Shown in pieces: positions 22,008 through 34,577 of a stretch of 50,301 nt of DNA. The notes under the pieces were generated by a model. That model worked only from the letters and a program-made list of their open reading frames with translations. It made no database searches and was not told the origin of the DNA. The position numbers and the translations under genes are program-made. Positions within the stretch are counted from its first letter, which is position 1. Every line of letters begins with the position of its first letter. This DNA comes from Toensbergia leucococca (taxonomy: Eukaryota), in contig JALDZS010000171.1 of assembly GCA_022813965.1 (NCBI GenBank), positions 1 through 50,301 on the forward strand. The letters are read 5' to 3'.

Positions 22008-24239
22008 TCATGATCCAGCCATCTCGTCCTCATGACCAGTGTTTGCCTCCGTTCCATGAAAGGCCTCACCAAAAGCAGAGTCATCCAGACCGAGATCTCC
22101 ATGCTCATCAAGTCCCATACTCTCGCTCTGCTCTCCGTACCCACTCAATGCGTCGCCCGCCGTATCGAGGTTGCCAAAGCCCATTTCAACACTAAAGTCA
22201 TTGGTACTGAAATCTTCGGTAGCATGACCTTGGGCCCCGGGCGTAAAGTCATCGAGAGCGTCCCCAGCAGAATCAAGAGTAGCGCCAGTTGTTTCCAGAT
22301 GTTCGTGCATCACTGCGTCATTGGTGAAGCTATCTAAATCCGGTAATTCCTCGGTGTGAGGGTGCAGCGACCCGCTGTTCTTGTTAACCATGACCCAATC
22401 ACCGCCTTCACCATCTATAGCCGACTGCTTATCGTTGGAGGTCTCAGGCATGGTAGATTCTGCCCCATCGGCTGCTGTGCCTTCATGTCCATCACCCGGT
22501 AATGTTGCCAGGTTGAGAAAGGATTGTGGTGTACCATTAGAAGAACCAAGTCGATGGGCCGAAGGAGAATTGTACGCCACGGGGTAAGATATTGGGAGAG
22601 AATGTTGGTCGTCTAAGCTTTCTAGCGGGTCACCCATCTCGTATTCATGATCATAGCCATCGCTAGTCTGTGTCTTCTCTTCTAGGCCACCCTTTTGTAT
22701 GCATTCCATGTCTTTTACAATAACGATGCGTTTCTCAAGTTCGGCCTCCACGCGTCTGCAAATCTCATCAACACGATCCTGTTGTGAAAGAGAGATTGGA
22801 GCCGAGTCTCCGTTCACCGAATTACGAGCAGATCCCTCCATTCTCCAGAATTCAGTACCCGCATCAGTGGGAATGGTAGTTCTCAAAGCTTTCTCACAGT
22901 CTGTAAGCACCTTCATCCTGTGTTTGAATTTGGCAATTTGCTTGGCGTGTTTCTTCTTCATTTCCTCGATCTCGTCGTTGTCATTATTAGCTTTCTCCGT
23001 TGCTCTCTTGATGAATTCTTCTGCTTTCCCGGCTTCCATTTTTCCCACGCGTGGAGGCTGGCCACCATTCGCTCTTCGGGCCGTGCCACTAGTTGGCGCT
23101 TCGAAGAAGCCTCTTGTGAGATCCTCAAGCTCGCCCTTTCGACCTATGCCTAGATCTACAGGAATGATCTGACTCGTTGCATATGGTGATGACACGACTT
23201 CTTCCATCCACTCATGGTGCTGTTGATAACGCATCGTACTAATATCTCTAGGTGTCAAGAAATCCATGATATCGCCCCTAGATGTGTCTTCTTCCTCATC
23301 AATGGTAGGATCGTGCGCCATCGCTGAAGCTGCAATAGAAGAATTTGGCCCATGCCCAAGATTAGGAGCTTGCTGCCGCTGACGCTTCGCTGGAGAAGGT
23401 CCCATACCAGGCTGATTACTGGCAGCCTGTTGCTGTTGCATGTACGATTGCTGGTTTCTGTTCATATGCGAGATAACATTACCTGGATACCCCATAGCAG
23501 GCTGCCCGTATGGCGCCACAGGAAAATTTACAGTAGGCCAGTTATTACGATCGTGTAACATGAACTCTTTGCGTACAAGCTGCCCGTGCTGCTGTAGATA
23601 TCTTCGCTGTGTCGATACTTCCCGCATTTGCTGGCTGACTGGTATTTGGTTAACTGGACAGTTGTACCGTTGTTCGGCCCGCAAGTAGTGCACAATCCAG
23701 AGAGAAGGATCGCACGGAGGTGCGTTGGCATTCGGAATGTCACAAGGTCTCATGCGATAGCGAAGTCTTGAGTGGGTCGACAAAGCCTCATGAGGAGGAT
23801 GATAGCCACTTTTGTGAACGTGTACGTCGATGATCTAGTACGGCGAGTCTTAGTAAAAGCCAGGGATAAAGACTCAAGTTCTCTTACATTGCCCTTGATT
23901 TCCTGAGTGAAAGTATTCTCGGCATCAGCCCAGACATAGCCGTCGCTTGCAAAACGTTGTCCAAGTTGATTAGAAGGCTGCCAGACCAACATGACAGACC
24001 CATCCGGCGGCGCGTCGAGGAACATCCAATTCATGGCAGCTATCTCCTTTGTGATTTTGGGAGCTTGAAGTAGATAATCGATGATGGTTTCCTTGCTGAT
24101 CTGTGGAAGGATCGGATAGCGATAGGTAGATACCAGGTGGATGTGCGGGAGCTACTGTTTCTCAGAAGAGAGTCTTTTGAAATGTTCCATAGTCTCGACT
24201 TACCAGCTGTGGAGGCACTCCATTGCTTGGTTCGTTCAT
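22008..24239 (-). CDS. SSR4: SWI/SNF and RSC complex subunit Ssr4 (DUF1750); exons 24239-24204, 24151-23888, 23834-22008
   Basis: MNEPSNGVPPQL/LPHIHLVSTYRYP, FASDGYVWAD, DPSLWIVHY, GDIMDFLTPRDISTMRYQQHHEWMEEV; exon phases are consistent. Confidence 0.9.
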
Positions 24240-24817
24240 TGCGCTCGCGTTATCTACCGATGATTACTCTATGGGCGGGGACGGGTATCTTGGAATGGCT
24301 GTAATCAGGAACAGCCCAACCTCCAGTGCTCTGACGCAGAATGATCTTGGCTGAACTTGGTGCTGGTCGAGTAGGCGCGAGTGCGGATAGGTAGATGGAT
24401 ATATTTGATCGCTTTCGAATAGGAAGGGGGAATTTCTCGCGTGTCGCGGGAGCTATAATAGTCCAATGATTCCGGTACTCTATTGGACCTGGAATTGATA
24501 ACATGGCCGGAATAAGGGGCAATCCAATCATTTACAATTAAGCTACTCATCAATAACCACCTGGATGAAACAGTGATGGCAGTCGCACGCAGTTCTTCAT
24601 ATTCTCGTGGTAGCATGCTCCTAAAGTGACGTCAAATGAAAGACACGCGTGAACTTATAAGCTAATGATTTTACAGCGGATATAACAAATCTTAGCGTTG
24701 CCTAGTAGCACGTTCTTTTTGGTCCCTCGTTCTATGATACACATCGTGGTGCCGGCGCATTTCTATGACCTTGCTCGCTATGAAAACCTCGAAGGTTGTC
24801 TTATACTTGAATAAATC

Positions 24818-26550
24818 ATGAACAACTCTCAGTTCCGTCGACTAGTGCTAGACACCCCAACGCCAATAGCTCAGAGCAAAGATGGTAAACTGGCTGCAAC
24901 ACCCCGAAGAGATGGCTCAACACCCTCTGCGCTGGGCTCGCGCATGCGGTCTAACATTCCTATGACACCGTATGTACTTTTCTATCTAGTATAGCTCTCT
25001 ACTATCTTACTCTTCACTGACCTGAACTCAGACGCTCGGTTGCTGGTGTTGACTTTGCTCGCCAACTCGCTGAGCGCAATGCTTCTCTCAATCCTTCCAC
25101 TACAAAAAAATTCCGCTCATCTGCCGCTCCCAAAGGTACGCGACTCGCCTCAGGCTATCAAGATCGCACGCAATTACGGACATCGGCCGAGGAAGATGAA
25201 AAGGCGGCGAGAATTAAGGCCCTGGAGGAAATGGTGAAATTGGGCCAGATGGAGATGTCTACGTTTGAGGCGTTGAGAGATGAGATTGTTGGCGGAGAAG
25301 TTAAGGATGTCCATTTGGTCAAAGGTTTGGACTGGAAGCTCTTGCAAAGAGTGAGGAGGGGAGAAGATGTTCTTGCCGATACTACAGCAACAAGAACCGG
25401 CGACGAGAACTCGGAAACTGAGGTCCAGGAGGAGGAAAAAACTAATATTGACGGAGAATTCGAAAAGTTGGAAGAGAAAGACGTTCAGCCCGTGACGAAG
25501 CTGGAAAGGGTAAAGAAGGGCGACATGGCCCCACCACCAGCGATGGCCGGTAGGAAGAGAAATCGGGATGAGATATTGCAGGAATTGAAAGCATCGAGAT
25601 TAGCGGCGGCGGAAGAGAAGAAGGCGCAGCAACCTAGTCTTGGTCCGAAATTTACGAAAGTAGGGGAGAAGAAAGAAAAGTCCAGAATTGAGAAAGACGA
25701 GAAGGGAAGAGAAGTGCTCATCACAGTTGACGAAGATGGTAGAGTCAAGAGGAAAGTGAAAAGGCTCAAGTCCGACGCCGGAAGCCTTGATAATAATGGG
25801 TTATTGATGCCTGATAAGGATCTAAAACCACTAGGTATGAAGATTGATAACATCCTGCCGTCAACAGCCCCAGATGAAGAAGACGACGGCGATATTTTCG
25901 AAGATGCAGGCCAAGACTACGATCCTTTAGGTGGCTTGGAAGACGACGAAGACGACAACGATTCCGATGAAACAGACAAGCACGACAAAACACAAGAGTC
26001 TCCCTCTCAAGAAAACCTCCCACCCCCCACCAAAGACACCATCGATCCACCACCAATAGCCCCACAAACCGATCCCACCCCCACCATGCCCCCTCCTCCT
26101 ACTCCACCACCCCCCTCCAAAAGAAACTACTTCAACTCCCCCTCCCCCCCTTCCTCCCCGCCCCACCCCACAAACCCCCTCACCAACCCCTCCCTCCTCG
26201 CCGCCCTCAAAAAAGCCTCCCAAATCGCTCCCCTTGCCCCTCCAACCTCCACCTCCTCGTCCGCCGCCGAAGCCGCCAAACTCGCCCGCCGCACTCAAAT
26301 GCTCGATTCGCACGACCGGGACGCAGAGGATATGGATATGGGGTTCGGGAGCAGCCGGTTCGAGGACGAGGCGGACGGGGAGGAGGGGCGGGTCAAGTTG
26401 AGTGTTTGGGGGGAGGAGGAGGAGGGGAAGGAAGGGGGGAAGGAGGGGGGGAGGGGGAAGAGGAAGAGGGGAAAGAAGAGGAGGGGGGATGGGGAGAGTG
26501 TGGGGGATGTGTTGGGGGTTTTGGAGAGGAGGAATGGGAGGGGGGGTTAG
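24818..26550 (+). CDS. RED-like (RED_N domain) nuclear/spliceosome-associated protein; exons 24818-24969, 25032-26550
   Basis: MNNSQFRRLVLDTP start; LASGYQDR; GGEVKDVHLVKGLDWKLLQRVR RED_N-type motif; DDGDIFEDAGQDYDP. Confidence 0.82.
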
Positions 26551-26960
26551 GAGGTAAGGTTTTTTGTTCATGTATGGACAGGGGGGCTGAAACGTTCGTA
26601 ATCGGAATGAAAGCTACCTATCATCAATGCTACTGGGACTTTGATCGAACCCTCCCTCCACACGTGACTGCTATTTCCATGTGCGCCTCGAAACAATGAA
26701 AGTATAGATGATAGAGGAGGAGCGTTGAATCTTGAGCAGACTCGGAGGGTCCTTTCTCTCAATCTGTCGACGATGGGATATTCACCATGGAGAACTCTAC
26801 AATTCTGTATACATCTCTAATTTTAATATCAAAAAAAAAAAAACAAGAGTCCAGGCTTCGATACCCTAAATTACTCTATATTCTAATAAACAACCCAAAT
26901 ATTTACAAACCAAAGTTCCAATAATCCATACATACAGCCCCCAACCCACCCCCCACCCCC

Positions 26961-29715
26961 CTACCTCCACGCCACCAAAACCGCAACCCCCCAACAAATC
27001 CCCATCACCCACCCACTAAAACCCAACCCCCTACACCCCCGGCCCTCAAAAACAGGCCCACTATAATTCCCCCCAACCGCACTCCCAGTCTGACTCCCAC
27101 CCCCCAACCCACTCATAATCAACGACGCAATCCCCGTTCCCGAGCCCCCACCCACAAGACTCATCACCGTCCCCTCGACAGTGATTCCCGGCTGCCCAGG
27201 CTCAAGCGTCTGGCCATCAATAAGGTACCCGTTCCCAGCACTGACGGTGAGAGCCTGCCCAGCGATAGTCAGGACCTGAGGAGCGGAGCCGAGAGCGAGG
27301 GTGCTGCCGTTTATGACTGCGCTTGGGCCGGAGGTTGGGAGGGAGATGGGTGTGCCGGAGATGGTGAGGGCTGGACCACCTGGGGAGAGGGTTTGGCCTG
27401 CTATGAGGAAATTGTTGGCGGCATTTGCTGTTATGGTGTTGGAGCCGATTGTCATAACGTGCGCTAAATTTGTAGCTAGAGCGAGGGTTGTACCATCGAC
27501 GATAGCATTGAGTCCAGAGGGTTGAAGGGAGATGGATGTACCGGATACGGTGATTGCCGAGCTTCCGGGAGCCAGTGTTTGGCCTGCTATGATGAAGTTG
27601 CCCGCTTGGTTTGCTACAATCGTACTCGAACCGATTGTCATGGTCGCAGCGGCGTGGAGAGGTAGTGTCGAACTGCCTACAACGACGTTCGCTCCTGCAG
27701 GATCGATTGATACTGGTGTTCCGGCAATAGTAACTGCAGGTCCCCCAGGCATCAACGTGGAGCCTCCGATCAAGAAATCCGATGCTGCCTGTGCTGTTAT
27801 TAGAGAGTCACCTACGGTGAAGACTTGTCTCTGCGAAGGTGTGTGAGTGAAGATCATTGTTGTGGCTGCGGGCACTTCCGAGATGGCAATTGGAGATGCT
27901 ACAGGTATGAGAGTTAGACCGCTGACAAGATATCGGGATGCAGAAGTTGCAGAGATAGTCTGGCCGTCAGAATCGGTAGTGTCCGTAGCCGGCTGTACTT
28001 GACTCGCCAAAGTAACCAGGCTTCCTCCAACTCCTAAGACAGAGCCGGAAGGATTGAGAGAGAGCACTTGACTTGAGACCGTGACTGGGTCGCCGCCGGC
28101 GACTAGTGTTTGGCTGCTTACGAGAAGATAAGATAACAAGCCCTGAGTCGAGATTGTAGCAGCTTGCTGGCTGGCTGCTGACGCTTGCAGAGGCTGCACG
28201 ACTGATTTAGGGGTAGTTGTGGCCTGATCGGCCGAGAACACTACTGACTGGGTATTTGGCGGAGGAAGAGTTGGATCTGCAGAGTTCGAAGTAGGTTTCG
28301 GTGAAGATAAAGACGACAATTGAACTGTGACTGTATGGTCTAATGGAAGTAAGGTGGAGGGTGAGGCAGAAGACGGACTTGTGGCTGGTGCTGTCTCCGG
28401 AAGAGCAGTTGGCCCAGTAGCAGGATCACTAGCGGTAATCATAGGAGCGACCGTGGTCGTTTTTGGCCCTACTCCTGAACCCCGTATTAGTGCGCTAGGA
28501 GGGTCACGCCCTTCGTAGCTATTGAATGCACATGAGCAGGCCTTCCATTCAGGTACAAGACTGTAAAATTGTGAAGAGGGTGGAACAATCAGAGGCCCGT
28601 ACGTTGTTATGATGTTTCCAGGCGAGTAAAAATACCAATCGTCACTGAGCAACCTAGTGCAGGGCGGACAAGGGAAATCTGCGGGATTGAAAGCCGACTG
28701 TACTTCTCTCACTCCTCCAGTGAGCATATCACCAGGATCAAAGGGTAAGATCACATTTGAGAGAGTTATCCCCATGCCTTGCACAACACCAACAGAAAGG
28801 TAGACGGACGGCGAGGTACTAGAAGATATTAATTTCCGTAGAGATGTAGGCTTCAGCGCAGAACTAACAATGTATAAGTGCCTGATATTGCTATCACCGG
28901 ATCACTGAAGTTAGCTACAACGCTCGGGACGCTGCTACTAAGAACCTTTGATTGGGTTGACGTCGATGGACATGTAGAAGGCAACAGGCTGTATATCTCG
29001 TTTGCAGAGCCGTTGACTACACAAGAGAAATCCGAGTCTGCATTTGGCCAGTAATAAACTCGCACCTGCGATAATTCAGCAGTGGTAGGGGTGGAAGTCT
29101 ATCGTGGTAAGCAGACGTTATCTTTTATGCTGTCTCCCCAATCAACGTCGCAAGGACCATTGCCGTCCCAGACTGGCGTACAGTAAGCGGGAAGAATTTC
29201 TAGCATCGCTTCAGTCGTCGCAGTGACGGTTACAGGAGTGAACGTTGTCCCATTTACAGTACGCAACTCGGTGGTCTCCGCGACAGTAATCGTTTCAGTT
29301 GTACCTGGCCAGGTATATCCGGAGATGGTATCGGGGACATCGGTCACAGTCTCAGAATTGGTGTAAGTAGCCACGGGTACAGTAGTAGGCATTTGAGTCA
29401 TTGCAAGTCTTGCGCTTGTATATGTAGTCCCGAGTATTACTTTTGTAGATGTGGTTCCTTCGATAGTTTCGCTTTCTGGGTACATAGTGAAGCCTTTCTG
29501 GGTAAATGTACCTTGGTTCCACGTAATGAGTGTTGTGTTGCTCCAACGACCTATAAAACAGGATGAGTCTGAAGCTCTAAACTTCAATGGATTGGGTGAA
29601 GGGTCTGACGGTCACTTGAAGAATCGAAGCTAGCTTGAATATCTTGTGCTACGGCGATTGAACGTTTAAGTAGCGAGAAATTTGAAAGAACGAAGAAAAA
29701 ATCAAGGCATAACAT
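26961..29715 (-). CDS. Secreted, probably GPI-anchored cell-surface protein (~860 aa) with ~60-aa G/T/S-rich repeats; predicted exons 29715-29616, 29550-29117, 29065-28869, 28818-26961
   Basis: Four ORF fragments join in frame through GT-AG introns. Hydrophobic N-terminus; VRVYYWP and TFTSPSVYL motifs; Cys-containing domain ending GRDPPSAL; IAGQTLxPGxxAxTxSGTxISL repeats; hydrophobic C-terminus. The start (29715 or 29733) and the first two donors are uncertain. Confidence 0.78.
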
Positions 29716-32700
29716 GTTCGAATGTTGCTTCATTGGAAAACGATGTGGCTGTAGCAAGATCTTTACAATGGACTTAGAACCGTAGAATAAGGGGACAGAA
29801 AAAAGAAACACCTAAGAACCTATGCTATGAAAGGTAAGAATGAAGGACGTGAACTTGGAATTGCTCGATATTGTATACGTTCTAGATAGACTATAGGCTT
29901 GGAAATTTTGAAAGAAGCGGGTTGAACATAGCCGCTTTGCATCGTGGGCCTTGACTGGCTCAAAGCCGACTGAATCACCTTTGTAGTGAACAAATTGGAG
30001 ATACATATCGCTGAGCCGCGCGAGTACGCAGCACACGGGGTACTCCATAACTAATGAACTATCGAGAGGGGCGTGTTGGATTGAGATTTGAGCCAAATAT
30101 AGAGGCTCAATAGGGATTAGAGCTTCGGCTAGATTCCCGAGCGCTAAAAAACAGCCTGTTGATTGGTAGAATGATAACTAGCTCAAAGAGCTTGTCTTGA
30201 ATAGGTAAGCTTGCTCGGCTTGCTCAAAGCGCGCGTTTCTCTAGCCCCTTGGTCCGAGGGGTCTGTTTCGAACTCAATTATCATCTAAACAAAGCGTGAA
30301 AGTAGAGACACTACCTTATATGCTTACTCTTCCCAGTGCATACTTCCGAGAGACCTCTCTAGTAAATCTTCCACTATTGATGTGTATTTTCTGCGTCTCT
30401 GTTTTCCTATTGGTCGCGGCCTGTGGAAGTACAACATTGGCAAATCGATTCCTGTTGGTGCTTCCTAAGTCTCAGGCCGTAGAGTATAGAACCCGTTTTT
30501 TTGGTGCTATACAGAAGTCGACCAGTCCCCTAGTCTGGAAATTTGCTGAGGCTTCCGGATGATGGAATTCCATTGGAAAATGCTCTCGAATCGGTCCGTT
30601 TGTCCAAATCGCCAGACTGAACTAGATTTGAGATTTTCTGGCCGAGGTGAATGAATAGCACCAATCGTCATGTTTGCCCTTCCTTTTTCTGCAGACTGCT
30701 TGATGAGTAGTTTTGGCCACAGCCTTCTAATGATTCCCAAAAGCAGTGATTTCCACCGATCCCGATAACCTTTGCGCTGTCCGGTATTATTTGATGAAAA
30801 TCCTGTGATGACCAACTCGGCTGAAGGGCAAATCGCTGGCCTTCCAAGGGGAAGTCGTGGTAGATGCTTTCTGATTTCCCTTGTGCTAATTAGCATAGCA
30901 GGCTTTTACACACTTGCCAGCACCTTCGATCGACAGTAGCCACACTTCATACTCCATGAAACACCAGTGATTTGCGAATCGTCCGTCTGCGCTTGTGGCT
31001 CGGATTGGTTCGACAATGATTTGTTGGCAGATTGCGGACTTTAGTATTCGGGTACCCGTTCTGCATGCTGTGCAATGTGGGTAGCAAAGGTCTTCTCCTT
31101 ATGAACACCATATGTAAGATCCTCTTCCCTTGCAACCTTGGCACAACCACTCTAGACGACGAATACAAATACGTATTGCGAAAGTGAGACGCCAGGCTTA
31201 AGGTAGAACACACACCAACACGAAGTCCTTTAAAATTCTGTCAGTTCAGACAGGTCTGACAATGGCAATCAGACTGCATAGCCACAGCTCCTATCAACAT
31301 CTTCCACAGCATATCTACATGCTACAACATACACACAGTGGGCAGCTTCAACATTGGCGGCCTTTACCGAGGCGATGACTAATTCATTGATCGGCATGAA
31401 TGTAGTCGTCGCTGGCTTTTGAGGCCTGTCTGAGTTTTCTGTTTATCGCTTTTTGAGACCTTGTAAGTGACTTGCTCAGCGACCGAAGCCGAAGTCAGAG
31501 GGCGAACAAGGCCGGACGTTGAACAGCATCTTACTTATCAAAGCCGAGGGACAAGAGCTCGCTATCCGTGGGACCAATGCCGTACGATTGCCTAGTTGGA
31601 GGATTGTGTCCTGGATAGCACATTGATGTCGCGATCGGACCCGCTGTATAAGTGATTGGTAATTTGGTTAGGCTATGGGAGTACCGTCGTTGGCTGCCCT
31701 CGTGCCTGCCTACCTATGCAGAGGAATGCTAATTTGACGTAGACTGACGTGTCTTAGCAGAATCTTAAGAAATGGTGTTTATCCATGATGGCAGAATGCG
31801 ATGTTCGGCGAGAATGGCAATAGCCAAACCCGTTGTTTTACTACCGCCATTCCTGCAAGACTGCCTACGTCTCACCACTGATCAGCCGTCCAGATGATCC
31901 AGCTGTTGTGGATCATTTACGACGCACGTCGCAGTCACAGAGACTGGTCTCGGGTAAATGCCAGAATCTAGACCATCAACGGCTCCACTTGATCAACATT
32001 CGCATTGACCGGTTGCGAGACACCTAGAAAGTGATCCAGGGTGAGAATGGCAGAATGAACGAGGAGTCACAGATGATCTGAATGTTTCTTCTACCGCCAG
32101 GACCGAGCCAAGGGCCAAGCACGCAGGGCGGTCTCATACCCTCAGCGTTACGCCGTCGACGAGGAGCGAGCAAAGCCGTACGTAAAAAATAGCTAGTGTA
32201 TTGAGAAGTTTTAATTTCATGTAAGTTGGTCTTAGTCTCACAACATGGTACCTCGGTAGGCAAGCACTTGACCACTTATCTCTGATCTTAATGTTAGAAA
32301 CGAAGGATAGATTTCGCAGGATGTGATGATACGGTGCAGCCGTGCTCTGCAGAAGGCCCTAATGAGTAATGGTAACAGGCAGATCCAGGCACTTGTCTTT
32401 GTCTTTGATGAGAAATGGCAGGGTACGGAGATGCTGGAAGACAAGATCTGTTGATGAAACTCACGGCGCCGACATTCCGGTGACCGACGGGCAGTTTGAT
32501 TGGCTACTGGTCTGTCCCACCCCTGCTCTAGGTCCAGGATCAAGCTTTACCGAGCAGGATTTAGGTCGCGGCGCCTTCCATGTGCGAATTGGCTGACGAA
32601 TGCGCCTCCTATGCTGATCTGACTGGCTGGAATAGGAGAAATGGTGCCCTTCTTCGGCCATCACACCACCATTGACAGGCCCATTTCTGCACAATTGAAA

Positions 32701-33032
32701 TTGCGTGGCTTTCAGGATTACCAGCACCAACATCGGCCACTAAGCTCGTCCTAAACTCTGTAGTCCCTTTTTTGAAGAGTAAACACTAATAATGCCCCCA
32801 TATATCACCCTCCCGCTTCTTTTCCTCTCTCTTTCACCATCACCATCACCGTTAAAGTCCTTCATTTACTCCCCGAGCATTCGCTCTTTACGTTCATTTG
32901 GTCGTACTTTGACCATATCACATTCTTTTACCAGAATTATACTCACTCGGAAGCCCTGGTAGGCTTCGTCAGCCTGTGCCCCATCTTCCTTTCAATTTGC
33001 ATCTTACATAGAATCTACTATATAACGTCGAT

Positions 33033-34577
33033 ATGATGACCTTCAACATCGTCCTTGTTTCTCTTCTTCTTCCCGCGGCCCTAGCGGCTCCCTCTCAATA
33101 TGGATGGCACACCAAGAAACATCATCATCACAGCCACCACGGAACAGTACCCTATAGTGTTGGCAATTCCTCCGCATACTGGCCTACTGGTACCGGCACT
33201 GCAGTTTACTCATACTCGACTGCTATTGTCAGCCCCCTGCCAGTCACCACTCCGGTCTATTCCGACTATATAGTTCCAAGCAGCAGCGATGCCGATTCTC
33301 CTATTGACGCTTCCTCGTCCAGCGATTGTGGACCACCAACCGTCACTTTCACGACGTCCAACACATGGACCGTTACAGTAGGCACGGTACCCTCTTCTAG
33401 CTCGTCTGGTTGGGGTTCTCCCTATGGTAATGCTACTTCTGTCTGGCCCACGGGAACAGCATACAGCACAGGAGGTTTAAATACATACTCGCCCCGCCAT
33501 GGGTATAGCCATGTCTCATGGCACAATACTTGGTCATCCTCAGCCGTAGCAAGCTCATTTTCAAGCAGCAGCTCTACTGCTAGCGTCTCGAGCCACTCCG
33601 CGTCATCTAGCTCTGCATCATCAGTAGCCAGTCCGTCGAGCTATCCTGCGTCGTCTAGCTCCGTCATATCTACAGAAGTCGCCGCAGCAATTACTGCCTC
33701 TTCCACCGCCTCGAGCACGTATGTAGCGCCATCGTACGCATCCTCTGACATTGTCGCCGCCTCCACCACCGTCGCATCATCTACTGCTGCATCTGCAACC
33801 ATTACGTCTGCACCATCTGCATGTGGCACCGGTAAGCGTGGGTTGGCATATGGTATGGGTGATGCAACCTATATCAGTAATAACTTCGCATGCACTCAAG
33901 TTCCATGGGGGTATGACTGGGATTCTACCCCATCGGGTCTACCAAAAGGCTACGAATTCGTGCCTATGCTTAAAGATGGTAGTCCGGCGTCCACGAGTAC
34001 CTGGGCTGCTGCTGCGTCTGCCGCCATCTCTGCTGGTTCCGGTCATCTCCTTGCCCATAACGAGCCAGACCAGAGCCACACACCAGCATCTGACGTCGCA
34101 AGCGATTACAATAAGCATATGAACCCATTCAAAGGTCAAGCTCTGCTTGGAGCCCCGGCCGTCACTGGTGGTAGTGGCACCGCGGATGCAGGTTGGGGAC
34201 TTACTTGGCTAGCCGACTTTTTCAATGCGTGCGCACTGCTGGATGGCGGCTGCGACGTTGACTTTATCCCAGCTCATTGGTATGGTGATTCAACCACAGG
34301 AAGTATTACTGACAATTATAATGCTTTTGCGGCACACGTCAACGACGTCGTCACATTTGCGGCTGGGAAGCCGGTTTGGATTACGGAGTTCATGGTGTGG
34401 AATGCCGACGCGGACGATCAAGTCGCCTTTTTGCAAAAAGCATTGCCGTTTCTGGATGGTCTTGCTGGAGTGGCGAGATACTCTTACTTCATGGTGGCGC
34501 CAGCAGCTAGTGGTCAGACATACATGATTAGCAGCAGTGGTGGCCTCAACGAGATAGGAACTGAGTATATATCCTAG
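33033..34577 (+). CDS. Secreted glycoside hydrolase family 128 (Asl1-like beta-1,3-glucanase) with long Ser/Thr-rich N-terminal region
   Basis: Signal peptide; KRGLAY, WGYDW, EFVPML, NEPD (acid/base), DFIPAHWY, KPVWITEF (nucleophile), VARYSYF. Confidence 0.92.
   Translation: MMTFNIVLVSLLLPAALAAPSQYGWHTKKHHHHSHHGTVPYSVGNSSAYWPTGTGTAVYSYSTAIVSPLPVTTPVYSDYIVPSSSDADSPIDASSSSDCGPPTVTFTTSNTWTVTVGTVPSSSSSGWGSPYGNATSVWPTGTAYSTGGLNTYSPRHGYSHVSWHNTWSSSAVASSFSSSSSTASVSSHSASSSSASSVASPSSYPASSSSVISTEVAAAITASSTASSTYVAPSYASSDIVAASTTVASSTAASATITSAPSACGTGKRGLAYGMGDATYISNNFACTQVPWGYDWDSTPSGLPKGYEFVPMLKDGSPASTSTWAAAASAAISAGSGHLLAHNEPDQSHTPASDVASDYNKHMNPFKGQALLGAPAVTGGSGTADAGWGLTWLADFFNACALLDGGCDVDFIPAHWYGDSTTGSITDNYNAFAAHVNDVVTFAAGKPVWITEFMVWNADADDQVAFLQKALPFLDGLAGVARYSYFMVAPAASGQTYMISSSGGLNEIGTEYIS

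Noticed and set aside
24644..24650. ACGCGT (MCB-like) site in the SSR4/RED divergent promoter, and another at 17201
   Set aside because: Single hexamers are expected by chance; unsupported without conservation data.
25927..26699. Long antisense and alternative-frame ORFs over G/C-skewed gene ends (also at 35272-35799 and 38692-38932)
   Set aside because: Stop codons are scarce in skewed low-complexity sequence; these overlap well-supported genes.
29812..32733. Several 60-130-aa ORFs in the long intergenic region
   Set aside because: Many have non-ATG starts, none shows a recognisable domain, and I found no consistent splice pattern linking them.
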